Notes: generated by a model from the letters alone, not told the origin. Shown: positions 48,482 through 58,596, counted from the first letter of the stretch. The stretch: 64,000 nucleotides of DNA from Chlamydiota bacterium (GCA_013289325.1 JABDAE010000002.1:1199-65198); one strand, 5' to 3'. A program made the numbers and translations.

Positions 48482-51400
48482 CTATTCAAGAAGATGTCTA
48501 ATATACGCTTTGTCCTCAAAAGCCCTGCTATATAGCTCTTGCACGACCCTTTTTCGTCTTGAGGGAGCATTCAATAAAGCGACGACATTTGGGTACTTAT
48601 CTGCTTCCACTAAACGCGCAATGGCAAGGCAGACACCTCGGCTTGCAGGTGCAAATGCTTGCAATTCAAGAAGCCATCGCACCAGATTTTCATCTCCTCC
48701 AATTGCCGCATTTCGCAAGATAAAGAGATGATGGAGATAAGGAATACGGGAATTATTTGAATAATACAAACTCACAACTGAATATACCCCATGAAGCGCT
48801 CCTCTTTTTGCTAAATCATACTGCAAATCCCCTTTGCAGCTAGAAAGGGAAGTCAGATAAATGACAATGTCTTGATAACCTCTTACGGCAGCTGCTTGTG
48901 CAGCTTTTTCTAGCGCGCTATCGGATATGCCTATTTCCGAAATATTTAACCATTTCCTTTGCTCGGCAAAGTGGAGAATGACAGATAGCTTGTTGCGGCA
49001 CGCGGCCACATAAATGGCAAGCGTTCGCCATTTGTCTACCCCATCAGAAGTTATTTCTGCGCCCCAATTGACTAAGAGATCAAGAGATTCTAATGGAACT
49101 TGCGGCTCTTTTATCGCGATCTCAATGGCTTTAGCAATGGCTTCATCCCTTTTATCGTCTGAAAACAGATCTGAGGCAAGAAGAGCCTGTACTGCATGGA
49201 CCTTATTTACCTGAGTAGCACTGTTTAAGCAGCCTTGAAGCTCTTTTTGAGTGATATCAGGACCGCCTTTATGAAGAATTTCTTCTGTAAGAGACGAGGC
49301 TACATGGATATGTCCATTGCTTAAGGCAAGGAGACGATATTTGTTTAACCTAGAAACGGCAGTTGCAGACACTAACTTGACACAATCTATTGAACCAGAA
49401 TCATTTGCAGTGGGGCGGTCCAACACCCTTTGGGAATGTCCCGCCTCACGGCAAAGTGATTCTAATTCAAGATCTTGTGCTAATTTTGCATCTGGAACTG
49501 CCGTTTTTAGGTTTAACCCATCGGCTTGCATGAAACTAAACAGTTTTTGTAAAGTCAAGATCAGCCCTTCTTTTGCACATACTTCCATGACAAAATCCAA
49601 ATAGTCATTTTGCAGATTTCTATCTATCTTATATTTGCCGGCATCTATTAATACCTCTATCGCACTTATCTGTTGATTTGCTCCAGCTTCTTCTATCGCC
49701 TTTTTTAAATCATCCAAGGTAAGCCATAAGGTAAGTACTCCTTGTAAGAGCGAGATATCTCCTGTTTTAGCGGCAAGACAAAGCAGCTCTTGAGGTGTTG
49801 ATTTAACAAAAGAGATCAAACGTTGTAGTGTTTTAGGATATTTCCCTTTTAATGCGAGGAAAATGAGCGTTTGTCCATCGAGGTGGCTCTTAAATTTCTT
49901 TAAGATAATATCGAGAATTGCCATCTCTTGGTCTGTAGGTACTTCAAGAGTTATGATCCTCTCAAGCTCTGATTGACAGTGTGAAAGAGATAAGACGTAC
50001 TCGGCTAATATAGCGCAAATGGCTGCTCTGTTGTTTGCAGCATCGTTGTTTACAGTATCTAAGAGAGTCCAAAGAAACTCTAACGACGGAAAGCATCCAC
50101 TAAATACTTCAGTAATGAGTGCGTATTTTGCAAGCTGCTTTGCAATAGTGATAAATTCGATATAATTTTCGACTTCTCTTTGCTTTTGATCGACATTTAG
50201 ACTGATGGCCTCTTTGGGATGCAAGAGGTCATTAAGTAGACGATTATTGCCTATCTTAACGCAAGAATACAGGGCCATTTTCACGTTCTCATTTGAAAGA
50301 CATTGTGGGAGTATTTTAAAAGTGGTTTTTTTCGATATAGCACCTATATAAGCATCCCAATCCTTACTTACGAGATTTCTTCCCTCTATAAGGGCTTCAA
50401 AACACCAAAAAGAGTTTTCTTCAATTGAAAGAAAAGTAGCCGTATCAAGGCAGTCCTCTGAAAGCTTTTTGTGTCTTCTAATGAATCCTATCGATACAAA
50501 ATCTCTTTTTATGACAAGCTCTTGCAAAAGTTTTTCTAAATCCTCTATAGAGAATAAAAGGGTGATATCGCGTAAAGTATTTTTGTTTACGCTCTCATCG
50601 CTTGTCAAAATCTCTGCCCACTTCTCCATGGAAGGGGGACAGCATTTAAATACCATAAGCTGCAACTCTTGAGGTTTACCTGCATACTTTAGCACAATTT
50701 GGTTCCAAATCGCCGCAGTTAGAGGAAATTTTTGCAAAAAGCGAGTAAGCATATCAAAGGCTTCTTTTTCAAGCGCCGCATCAACGACAAGCCAATGCCC
50801 TTCTGCAGTGAGTTGAATCTCACTTTCTAAAACGAGCTCCAATACATCAACAGATTGCGTCTCCATCAAATGGCAAAGAAGTGCTTGATCATCCTCATTA
50901 ATTGGCTTTTTCATCCCCTTTTTCATGTCTTGAAAAAGAAGCTCTTTAAGTATTATTGGGCATCTGGAATCAATTGCGACTTTTTTGGCTAAAGTGCTTT
51001 CCAAATGAGGCAACAGTTGGGATAGCCATTGGGTTAACTGTTTGTCTGTCCTCTCTTTTTCTGCTAGAGTAAAAATCTCTCCTAAAATCATTTCAGCTTT
51101 GGGATTTTTTCCTATTTGAGCAGCGAAAACATAAAAAATATGATGCAGCTTAGCATCTTTAATAGTGAGGCTCATCATTTTATGTATCGCCTCATGAGAG
51201 GGAGGCCGCATTGTAAAGGCAACGCTTGTGGTCTTTAAATCGCAGCCGAGCTGAACAATTGTGAAAAAATCTTGATCGATGTTTGCCTTGTCGCTTTCTT
51301 TATAAAAGGGATACCGCAGCAAAGCTAAAAGAAAATCATGGTTTACACCATGATCGCTTGCTACTTGCAAAAGGTCATCTTGCGTTTCCTTTGTTTGAGG

Positions 51401-51880
51401 TGTCTTGCAATGGTCAAGAACCTTTAAAATGTTGTCAAAACGCCTTGCCCTAATTGCCAATGCAATCTTTTCTTTGATGGGATTGTAAAAGTGAGTTTTC
51501 CCATTGATATTACCAATTAGCCCTGGTGCTCCCCTTAAAGAGGTAATTTTGTATTGGCAAATAGGGCAATCAAAAGCGATATTTTCGCCACCTGTAGTAA
51601 TGCCGGCAAGCTCTTTTGCGCATTTTTTATGCATACCATGAAGGATCGCACGCTGGATTGCATCATGACCATGCCCAGACATCAATTGTTTTTTTGTTTT
51701 GTCAGAATCGGAAGGTTTTACATGGACAAGAATCGCACTATCTTTAACCCCAGCTCTCATCTCTTTGCGGCACACTGGGCAATCCCCAAGACTGCCGACT
51801 GCATTAGTCACAAGGAACATTTCTGCAGGATTTCTATCAATTATTAAAGGTGTTAAAGGTGTACCAACAGCACTGCTCAT
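48482..51880 (-). CDS. Eukaryote-like RING-type zinc-finger plus ankyrin-like repeat protein (candidate effector) with an in-frame 163-bp element
   Basis: N-terminal CPVC-x33-HGH-x11-HKKC-x17-CPIC cross-brace-like pattern. C-terminal helical repeats of the type AAVRGYQDIVIYL and AAIGGDENLVRWLLE. 1132 aa. Confidence 0.5.
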   Translation of the reverse strand: MSSAVGTPLTPLIIDRNPAEMFLVTNAVGSLGDCPVCRKEMRAGVKDSAILVHVKPSDSDKTKKQLMSGHGHDAIQRAILHGMHKKCAKELAGITTGGENIAFDCPICQYKITSLRGAPGLIGNINGKTHFYNPIKEKIALAIRARRFDNILKVLDHCKTPQTKETQDDLLQVASDHGVNHDFLLALLRYPFYKESDKANIDQDFFTIVQLGCDLKTTSVAFTMRPPSHEAIHKMMSLTIKDAKLHHIFYVFAAQIGKNPKAEMILGEIFTLAEKERTDKQLTQWLSQLLPHLESTLAKKVAIDSRCPIILKELLFQDMKKGMKKPINEDDQALLCHLMETQSVDVLELVLESEIQLTAEGHWLVVDAALEKEAFDMLTRFLQKFPLTAAIWNQIVLKYAGKPQELQLMVFKCCPPSMEKWAEILTSDESVNKNTLRDITLLFSIEDLEKLLQELVIKRDFVSIGFIRRHKKLSEDCLDTATFLSIEENSFWCFEALIEGRNLVSKDWDAYIGAISKKTTFKILPQCLSNENVKMALYSCVKIGNNRLLNDLLHPKEAISLNVDQKQREVENYIEFITIAKQLAKYALITEVFSGCFPSLEFLWTLLDTVNNDAANNRAAICAILAEYVLSLSHCQSELERIITLEVPTDQEMAILDIILKKFKSHLDGQTLIFLALKGKYPKTLQRLISFVKSTPQELLCLAAKTGDISLLQGVLTLWLTLDDLKKAIEEAGANQQISAIEVLIDAGKYKIDRNLQNDYLDFVMEVCAKEGLILTLQKLFSFMQADGLNLKTAVPDAKLAQDLELESLCREAGHSQRVLDRPTANDSGSIDCVKLVSATAVSRLNKYRLLALSNGHIHVASSLTEEILHKGGPDITQKELQGCLNSATQVNKVHAVQALLASDLFSDDKRDEAIAKAIEIAIKEPQVPLESLDLLVNWGAEITSDGVDKWRTLAIYVAACRNKLSVILHFAEQRKWLNISEIGISDSALEKAAQAAAVRGYQDIVIYLTSLSSCKGDLQYDLAKRGALHGVYSVVSLYYSNNSRIPYLHHLFILRNAAIGGDENLVRWLLELQAFAPASRGVCLAIARLVEADKYPNVVALLNAPSRRKRVVQELYSRAFEDKAYIRHLLE
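49349..49511 (-). mobile_element. 163-bp element, copy 5 (in frame inside RING/ankyrin CDS; TSD TTTAA on plus strand)
   Basis: tttaa occurs at 49344-49348 and 49512-49516. Read on the minus strand as LKTAVPDAKLAQDLELESLCREAGHSQRVLDRPTANDSGSIDCVKLVSATAVSR. Confidence 0.9.
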
Positions 51881-52028
51881 TTAAGCTTACCTCAGTTTAT
51901 GATTACTTATTGTTTTGTATCGCGATGTTATACAACAGAAATTTTTACTAGTCAACAGCTTGATCATTTAAAAATAAAAATTAACAAAGTTTTATTTTAT
52001 TCTTTTACTATTAATAATTTGAATTAAA

Positions 52029-52577
52029 TTATACCATAGCACTTTCAAGCTTTGATAAAGCCAATTGAAGCGCCTGAGATAGCCATGGAGTGTAGCGCTC
52101 CTGATGCAAAGATAAATCTTTGATTAAATCTTCTGGAGAAATCCAGCTATAAGAGGCAACTTCCAAAGGATTAATCGCAATCGGTTGGGATTCATCAACC
52201 CAACCGAAAAATACATGGTCAAATTCATGTTCGATCAGTCCTTCCGGCAAGCTTGCCCGGTAAATAAAAGAGCCTGCAAAAGTCAGTTCGGTGCAAAACC
52301 CCATCTCCTCCTTCAGGCGGCGCAAAGCTGCCTGAGGCAGCGGTTCTTGATGGCGCGGATGGCTGCAACAAGTATTTGTCCAAAGACCTGCGGCGTGATA
52401 TTTATTTAAGGCCCTTTGTTGCAATAAAAGCTCGAGATAGCCATGGCGCCTTCTAAAGATGCAAATTGAAAAAGCGCGATGAAGAAGCCCCTTTTGGTGA
52501 GCAACCAATTTCTCTTCTAGACCTATTTCCCTATCGCTCTCATCAACTAACACGACACTTTCTTGAATATTCTCCAT
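52029..52577 (-). CDS. idi: Isopentenyl-diphosphate delta-isomerase, type 1 (Nudix fold)
   Basis: LLHRAFSICIF...LLQQRALNKYHAAGLWTNTCCSHP...EHEFDHVF motifs. Confidence 0.9.
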   Translation of the reverse strand: MENIQESVVLVDESDREIGLEEKLVAHQKGLLHRAFSICIFRRRHGYLELLLQQRALNKYHAAGLWTNTCCSHPRHQEPLPQAALRRLKEEMGFCTELTFAGSFIYRASLPEGLIEHEFDHVFFGWVDESQPIAINPLEVASYSWISPEDLIKDLSLHQERYTPWLSQALQLALSKLESAMV

Positions 52578-52631
52578 ACAACCTCGTATTTTACACTATG
52601 AGTATAATACAACAGTGCATATAATTGCAGC

Positions 52632-53669
52632 ATGAACCTAACAACAGCAAATATTCCGATGAAAACTGTGGGTCCGATTAAAATCATCGGGCATCAAGTT
52701 TGCGATCTTGTGCAAGTGCCCCTTGCCACGTATGAATCACCCGTTTGGCCATCAGTTGCAAGAGGCGCTAAAGTGTCGATGCAAGCGGGTGGGATCTTTG
52801 CAATCGCCCTTTCCCAACAAATGACGCGCTCGATCATTTTAGCCGGAAAAGATGCCTTAATTGCTGCAGCGCATAGCCAAAAAATTCAAAGCGATGAAGA
52901 AACCATAAAGGCAGTGATCAAAACGACAAGTCGCTTTGCCAACTTAAAATCGATGCATATCGAACAAGTGGGCCCGCTGCTTTATATCAGAATTTCCATT
53001 ACATCAGGCGATGCCTCTGGACACAACATGGTCACAAAGGCAGCGGATGCCGTTATTTCTTATTTGCTAGAAAAGCATGAAGCACTTGAATATGTCTCCC
53101 TTTCAGGCAATTACTGCACAGATAAAAAAGCCTCTGCCGTCAATGGGATTTTAGGAAGAGGAATTTCCGTTGTGGCAGACATCAAGATCGATCGACACAT
53201 TTGCGCCTCAATACTTAGAACAACTCCTGAAAAGATTGTGGACCTCAACATCAAAAAAAATTTCATCGGCTCATCGCTTGCGGGAAGCATTCGCTCATCG
53301 AATGCGCACTTTGCCAATATTTTACTCGCTATCTATCTTGCCACGGGGCAAGACGCTGCCAATATCATTGAAGGATCGCAAGGAATAACCTTTGCCGAAA
53401 TGCAAGAAGATGACCTCTACTTTTCAGTTAGCCTTCCCAATATCATCTTAGGTGCTGTCGGCAGTGGAAAAGATCTTGGATTTACCCACGATAATTTAAC
53501 TGAATTGGGATGTACGGGAGAAAAAGAGGCAGGCACTCATGCCAGACGCCTTGCGATCATCACAGCTGCCGCAGTGCTTTGCGGAGAGCTATCACTACTT
53601 GCTGCGCTCACTAATCCAAAAGAGCTGATGCGCAGCCACCAACTCATCGAAAGAAAGCAAAAAGGATAA
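52632..53669 (+). CDS. hmgr: HMG-CoA reductase, class I type, short bacterial form
   Basis: VPLATYESPVWPSVARGAK, DASGHNMVTK, SGNYCTDKKASAVNGILGRG (class-I signature) and LMRSHQL with the catalytic His region. Confidence 0.85.
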   Translation: MNLTTANIPMKTVGPIKIIGHQVCDLVQVPLATYESPVWPSVARGAKVSMQAGGIFAIALSQQMTRSIILAGKDALIAAAHSQKIQSDEETIKAVIKTTSRFANLKSMHIEQVGPLLYIRISITSGDASGHNMVTKAADAVISYLLEKHEALEYVSLSGNYCTDKKASAVNGILGRGISVVADIKIDRHICASILRTTPEKIVDLNIKKNFIGSSLAGSIRSSNAHFANILLAIYLATGQDAANIIEGSQGITFAEMQEDDLYFSVSLPNIILGAVGSGKDLGFTHDNLTELGCTGEKEAGTHARRLAIITAAAVLCGELSLLAALTNPKELMRSHQLIERKQKG

Positions 53670-53675
53670 AAACAC

Positions 53676-54848
53676 ATGCCAAAAATTGGAATCGATGCCA
53701 TCCACTTTTTTAGTTCTGCCTACTATCTAGATCTAAAGACCCTTGCAGAAAAACGCTCAATTGATGTCAGTAAATATAATGAAAGCCTTGGCCAATATAA
53801 AATGGCAATTGCAGCGCCAGATGAAGATATCGTGACACTTGGCGCAAATGCAGCATTTCCCCTTCTCAATGAAGAAAATATCTCTGAAATCGACACCCTT
53901 CTTTTTGCAACAGAGTCTGGGATCGATCAATCTAAAAGCGCTGGCGTCTTTGTCCACGATTTACTTAAACTTCCAAAGACATGCCGCGTGCTAGAACTTA
54001 AGCAAGCCTGCTACAGCGCAACGGGAGCTATCCAAATGGCCCTTGGGATGATTGCGCATCAACCTAAAAGAAAAATCTTGATCATCGCAGCAGATATCGC
54101 CAAGTATGGCCTTAAAACGCCTGGAGAGTCTTCGCAAGGATGCGGCGCCATTGCCATGCTACTTACCCAAAACCCAAAACTTATGGCCATTGAAAGTGGC
54201 AGCGGGATCCACACAGAAAGTGTGATGGACTTTTGGAGACCAAATTATTTAGAAGAGGCGCTTGTCAATGGGATGTATTCAAGCAAGCTTTATATGAGCA
54301 GCTTAGAGTCCTGCTGGCAATCTTATGTGCAAAATACAGCTCGCACCTTTGATGATCATAGCTTCTTTTGCTACCACGCTCCCCTTCCCCGCCTCGTTGA
54401 AAAATCACACTCACGCCTTGCAAAACAGAGTAAAAAGCCATTAGATAATCAAGAAGAGCTTAAAAAGCAAGTAGAAGACTCCTTGGTATACGGCAGAGAA
54501 ATAGGCAATAGCTACGCAGCATCGCTTTATATCGGCCTTGCCTCTTTGCTCGACAAGGCAAAAAGTAATTTAGATAACGCTCGCGTAGGATTTTATAGCT
54601 ACGGTTCAGGACTTGTCTCAGAATTTTTTAGCGGCGTCATAGAGTCAAATTATAAACAACATTTGCATTCAATTGCGCATCAAAAGATGATCGATGAAAG
54701 AAAAGAGCTCTCATACGATGAATATGAGGACTTTTACCTCTTTCGCCTGCCAAAAGATGGAAGTGCATTAAAGCTGCCGCGCCACCAAAAGGGGCTCTTT
54801 CGCCTTGCAGCCGTACAAGACCATAAGCGCATATACGAAAAGCTGTAA
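53676..54848 (+). CDS. mvaS: HMG-CoA synthase
   Basis: IGIDAIHFF start. ATESGIDQSKS. LKQACYSATGA active-site Cys. YHAP and GNSYAASLY motifs. Confidence 0.9.
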   Translation: MPKIGIDAIHFFSSAYYLDLKTLAEKRSIDVSKYNESLGQYKMAIAAPDEDIVTLGANAAFPLLNEENISEIDTLLFATESGIDQSKSAGVFVHDLLKLPKTCRVLELKQACYSATGAIQMALGMIAHQPKRKILIIAADIAKYGLKTPGESSQGCGAIAMLLTQNPKLMAIESGSGIHTESVMDFWRPNYLEEALVNGMYSSKLYMSSLESCWQSYVQNTARTFDDHSFFCYHAPLPRLVEKSHSRLAKQSKKPLDNQEELKKQVEDSLVYGREIGNSYAASLYIGLASLLDKAKSNLDNARVGFYSYGSGLVSEFFSGVIESNYKQHLHSIAHQKMIDERKELSYDEYEDFYLFRLPKDGSALKLPRHQKGLFRLAAVQDHKRIYEKL

Positions 54849-55861
54849 TGGTCACAGTCAAGACACCCGCTAAACTCATTCTTTCGGGCGAGCATGCAGT
54901 CCTTTATAACCAAACAGCCTTAGCTGTCTCTATCGATCGATTTGTCACATCCACAATAGATCATAGTGATAACCTTTGCTTATTTCATTGCGAAACACTT
55001 AAAGCAAAAGAACAAGCATCCATTAATGCGCTCCTTAAGCTAAAAGATGACACCTTGCATCGACACCAAGAATTCTTGGACAAAAAACGCCCCATTGAAA
55101 CAGTCTTAAGGCGCCCCATTGACTTAATGCAAATTGCCTGCATCGATGCTTTAGTAAATGGCGCACTAAAGGATTGTAAAGGAATAATGCTAGACCTTAC
55201 CTCCACGATCCCAATGGGGCTTGGGGCAGGCTCTTCAGCTGCCGTCATTATCAACATTTTATTTGGAATCTTTACTCTATTAAAAACTCCTATATCGCAA
55301 GAAGCCATTTTACAGCTGGCCATAAAGCTTGAAAACTTACAACATGGCACATCAAGTGGCCTTGACTTAACCACATGTCTTTATGGAGGCTTAGTTTATT
55401 TTAAACAAGGTCATCTCTTAAGGCAAAAAGCACCTTCTCTTTCTCTTTTTTTAATCGATGCAAGCGCACCTTCCTCTTCTACCGGAATGGCAGTCAAGCA
55501 CGTCTTAGCATTTAAAGAAGATATTGCCCTTTGGAAGGCTTTTGAAGAGATTACCTTATCGATGGAAAAAGCCATCGCATCAAACGACATTAAGACAACG
55601 CGCCTCCTTATCAATGAAAATCACGCTCTTTTACAAAGAATTGGCGTTGTGCCAAAAAAAGTGCAAGATTTTATTAAAGAGCTGCACACCTTAAACATTG
55701 CCGCCAAGATAAGTGGAGCTGGCGCAGTTGGAAAAGACGCTAATGGAGGCGCCATCTTAGCCATCACAGAAGATGAAGAGGCTTTAAACGCGATTGCAAA
55801 TCGATATGACTATTGCGTAAAAAAAGTGATATGCTGCAACCTAGGGACGCAGATTATATGA
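54848..55861 (+). CDS. mvk: Mevalonate kinase (GHMP family)
   Basis: KLILSGEHAVLY and PMGLGAGSSAAV GHMP motifs. KISGAGAVG C-terminal motif. Confidence 0.8.
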   Translation: MVTVKTPAKLILSGEHAVLYNQTALAVSIDRFVTSTIDHSDNLCLFHCETLKAKEQASINALLKLKDDTLHRHQEFLDKKRPIETVLRRPIDLMQIACIDALVNGALKDCKGIMLDLTSTIPMGLGAGSSAAVIINILFGIFTLLKTPISQEAILQLAIKLENLQHGTSSGLDLTTCLYGGLVYFKQGHLLRQKAPSLSLFLIDASAPSSSTGMAVKHVLAFKEDIALWKAFEEITLSMEKAIASNDIKTTRLLINENHALLQRIGVVPKKVQDFIKELHTLNIAAKISGAGAVGKDANGGAILAITEDEEALNAIANRYDYCVKKVICCNLGTQII

Positions 55862-56820
55862 AAAATGATGTCTGCTGCCCTCATGTAATCTGCAGCGCTC
55901 GTGTAATCTGCAGTGCACCTGGAACGCTTATGCTAATGGGTGAGCATGCTGTTCTTTATCAACGATCAGCACTCACTGCTGCAATCGATCAAAGAGTAAG
56001 AGTCAGCATCACTTTAAGAGATGACGACTACATCGAAATTAGCTCTAGCACCCTTGGAAATTTCAAAACGCATTTAAGCGATTTACAGCCTTGTAAACCC
56101 TTTGAATTTGTCACTACAGCACTTACTCATAGCAAAATGAAAAAGGGCCTCACATGTCAAATTGAGTCTCAATGCTCCCACCAAATGGGGCTAGGAACTT
56201 CTGCTGCCGTTACTGTTGCATCGGTTGCTGCCCTTGCGAAAATAATGGGGGAAACAATTGATCTTTATACAGTTTTTAAACGCGCATTGGCAGTGATCAG
56301 GCAAGTACAGGGCCAAGGATCTGGCGCTGACGTCGCTGCAAGTACATATGGAGGCGTTGTGAAATACACCTGCAAAGACATTCCATCAATTGAAAAACTT
56401 AAAAATATTCCCTCACTTGCTTGCGTCTTTTCCGGCTATAAGATGGCGACAAAAGAGGTGATCGCGCTTGTAAAGTCTCGCTACGAGCAAGACAAAACGA
56501 CTTATGAAGCCATCTTTACTGCAATAGATGATTTAGTCCTAAAAGCAGCTATTGCCATTGAGCAAGAAGACTTACCCTTACTTGGTATTTTGTTTAATCG
56601 GCAACAAACGCTTATGCAGGCGCTTGAAGTAAGCGATAGCCATCTTGACTTTTTGATCGCCACACTTCGCGCGCAAAAAGGGATATTAGGAGCAAAAATT
56701 TCAGGATCTGGGCTTGGAGATTGTGTGATTGGGTTATGGGACCCCAAAGAAAAATCCCCCCTACCTCTAGAAAATGAAATTAAAGTAGAGATCTCACCGC
56801 AAGGACTATTGTATGAATAA
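55858..56820 (+). CDS. GHMP kinase, probable phosphomevalonate kinase
   Basis: ATG at 55858 overlaps the mvk stop (ATGA). APGTLMLMGEHAVLY, GLGTSAAVTVA and KISGSGLGD motifs. The assignment as PMK is by operon position. An 18-bp tandem duplication lies at 55882-55917. Confidence 0.6.
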   Translation: MKNDVCCPHVICSARVICSAPGTLMLMGEHAVLYQRSALTAAIDQRVRVSITLRDDDYIEISSSTLGNFKTHLSDLQPCKPFEFVTTALTHSKMKKGLTCQIESQCSHQMGLGTSAAVTVASVAALAKIMGETIDLYTVFKRALAVIRQVQGQGSGADVAASTYGGVVKYTCKDIPSIEKLKNIPSLACVFSGYKMATKEVIALVKSRYEQDKTTYEAIFTAIDDLVLKAAIAIEQEDLPLLGILFNRQQTLMQALEVSDSHLDFLIATLRAQKGILGAKISGSGLGDCVIGLWDPKEKSPLPLENEIKVEISPQGLLYE

Positions 56821-57826
56821 GCAAGGTGTAGTAAGAGAAATTCTTAAAGGCTGCCACCCCAATCCTAAAGAGGTGGGCAAGGCCTTTGCCCCAAGCAATA
56901 TTGCCCTTTGCAAATATTGGGGGAAAAGGGATGCGCTTCTCAATCTACCCTTAACATCAAGCCTTTCGATCTCCTTAAAAGACGCCGGCACAACGACAAA
57001 GGTTCAATCTTCAAGCGTAAACGAAGATAAAATCATATTTGCTGGGGAAAGACTGCCCAATGATTGCCCCTTTGCTAAAAAGACTATTGAATTTATCAAT
57101 CTATTCCGCCCTTCAAAAGACTTTTGCTTTAAGATCACAACAAAGAACAATATCCCAACAGCAGCAGGACTTGCTTCATCTGCAAGTGCCTTTGCCTCAT
57201 TGGTTTTAGCTCTAAACGATTTTTTTCAATACAACCTAAGTAGGCAAGAGCTATCGATCCTGGCAAGACTTGGCAGCGGCAGTGCCTCTCGCTCCCTTTG
57301 GCATGGCTTTGTGGAATGGCACGCGGGCAGCCGCCCAGACGGAATGGACTCATTTGGCACTCCCCTTCCAACAGTTTGGCAATCCCTTTGCATTGGCCTT
57401 CTTATCTTTGATACAAAGCCAAAATCGATCAGTTCAAGAGATGCGATGCAACGCACGAAAGAAACTTCTCAGCTTTATAAGAAATGGGAAGAAGAAGTTG
57501 CAAAGGACCTTTGGCAAATTAAAGAGGCTATACGTACCTTAGATTTTCACCTGCTCGGCAAAACAGCTCAAGATAATGCCCTAAAAATGCACGCGACCAT
57601 GCAAGATGCAAGTCCTCCCATCGACTATTGCAGCCATGAAACATACGCAGCAAGAGAGCAGATTAAAAAGTATCAAGAAGAGGGGCTGCCTATCTACTTT
57701 ACACAAGATGCGGGCCCAAATCTTAAAATCCTTTTCGAAGAAAAGGACATATCCCCCATCATTGAAAAGTTTGGGAATATCAAGATCATTAAGCCGTTTT
57801 CGGTACTCTACGGAACAACATCGTAG
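56813..57826 (+). CDS. mvaD: Diphosphomevalonate decarboxylase
   Basis: APSNIALCKYWGKRD, PTAAGLASSASAFASL and GSGSASRS motifs. Confidence 0.9.
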   Translation: MNKQGVVREILKGCHPNPKEVGKAFAPSNIALCKYWGKRDALLNLPLTSSLSISLKDAGTTTKVQSSSVNEDKIIFAGERLPNDCPFAKKTIEFINLFRPSKDFCFKITTKNNIPTAAGLASSASAFASLVLALNDFFQYNLSRQELSILARLGSGSASRSLWHGFVEWHAGSRPDGMDSFGTPLPTVWQSLCIGLLIFDTKPKSISSRDAMQRTKETSQLYKKWEEEVAKDLWQIKEAIRTLDFHLLGKTAQDNALKMHATMQDASPPIDYCSHETYAAREQIKKYQEEGLPIYFTQDAGPNLKILFEEKDISPIIEKFGNIKIIKPFSVLYGTTS

Positions 57827-57942
57827 GTTGTTAGTCATAAAATACCTCGATCTTTTTGGATATTGTTCTCATTTTTTTGTTCTTGAAAGAGGAGAGTATG
57901 CTGAAAACTTTAATTACGCAAGAGGTCTATTATAAAAAAAAT

Positions 57943-57971
57943 TTGCTTAAAAAGTAATACTGTATTACCAT
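57943..57971 (+). promoter_or_regulatory. Promoter of mazEF-like operon with palindromic operator
   Basis: TTGCTT (57943-57948), 17-nt spacer, TACCAT (57966-57971). The palindrome GTAATACTGTATTAC (57954-57968) spans the spacer and -10. Confidence 0.45.
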
Positions 57972-57989
57972 GTTCATTGAGGTAAATGT

Positions 57990-58262
57990 ATGAAAACAAG
58001 CCACAAAAGCAAAGCCACGGTTCGCGTAAGGGGTCGATATACAGTTCGCTTAACTGCCAAATATCAGGCTACCATACCCAGAGAAATTAGAAAACAGCTC
58101 CATCTTGTCGCTGGAGATGAAATTGTCTATGAATTATTGCCAGATGATACTGTGATTGTGCGAAAATCATCTCCATTAGATATCCATTATTATCATGCGC
58201 TACACCCAACGCTCAGTGAATGGGAGGCTGAAGATGATGAACAAGCCTATAAAAACTTATGA
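57990..58262 (+). CDS. AbrB/MazE/SpoVT-type antitoxin
   Basis: LTAKYQATIPREIRKQLHLVAGDEIVYEL swapped-hairpin motif. GAGGT RBS lies 6 nt upstream. Confidence 0.8.
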   Translation: MKTSHKSKATVRVRGRYTVRLTAKYQATIPREIRKQLHLVAGDEIVYELLPDDTVIVRKSSPLDIHYYHALHPTLSEWEAEDDEQAYKNL

Positions 58263-58596
58263 ACGATACGAGGTTGTAAAAGTCCCTTTCCCTTTTACAG
58301 ATTCAAAAACATCAAAAGTTAGGCCTGCTCTTATTCTATCATCTGCTAAAACTTTTAACTCAAAAGTTGGTTTGAGTATCATGATTATGATCACTTCGAT
58401 GAAAGAATCCAAAGATTTGTGGGCTTCGGATCTCATTATTGATGATCTCAAGGCCGCAGGTCTACCAGTTCCGTCCATTATCCGCTTTAAACTTTTTACT
58501 CTTGACGATCGCCTTATTATTGGACCCCTTGGCATACTCGCAGAACGCGATTGTAAGAAAATGAAAGATAAACTTACTGAAATACTAATTTTATAA
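58234..58596 (+). CDS. MazF/PemK-family toxin
   Basis: YEVVKVPFPFTDSKTSKVRPALILSS pattern. GGGAGG lies 6 nt before the ATG at 58234. Overlaps the antitoxin 3' end. Confidence 0.75.
   Translation: MMNKPIKTYERYEVVKVPFPFTDSKTSKVRPALILSSAKTFNSKVGLSIMIMITSMKESKDLWASDLIIDDLKAAGLPVPSIIRFKLFTLDDRLIIGPLGILAERDCKKMKDKLTEILIL

Noticed and set aside
52632-53669. HMG-CoA reductase looks N-terminally truncated (345 aa, starts right at the IPxxxxGP motif)
   Set aside because: An in-frame stop at 52605-52607 rules out an upstream extension. As I recall, bacterial class-I enzymes such as the Streptomyces one are also only ~350 aa. The catalytic DKK and SH regions are present. It is probably a normal short form.
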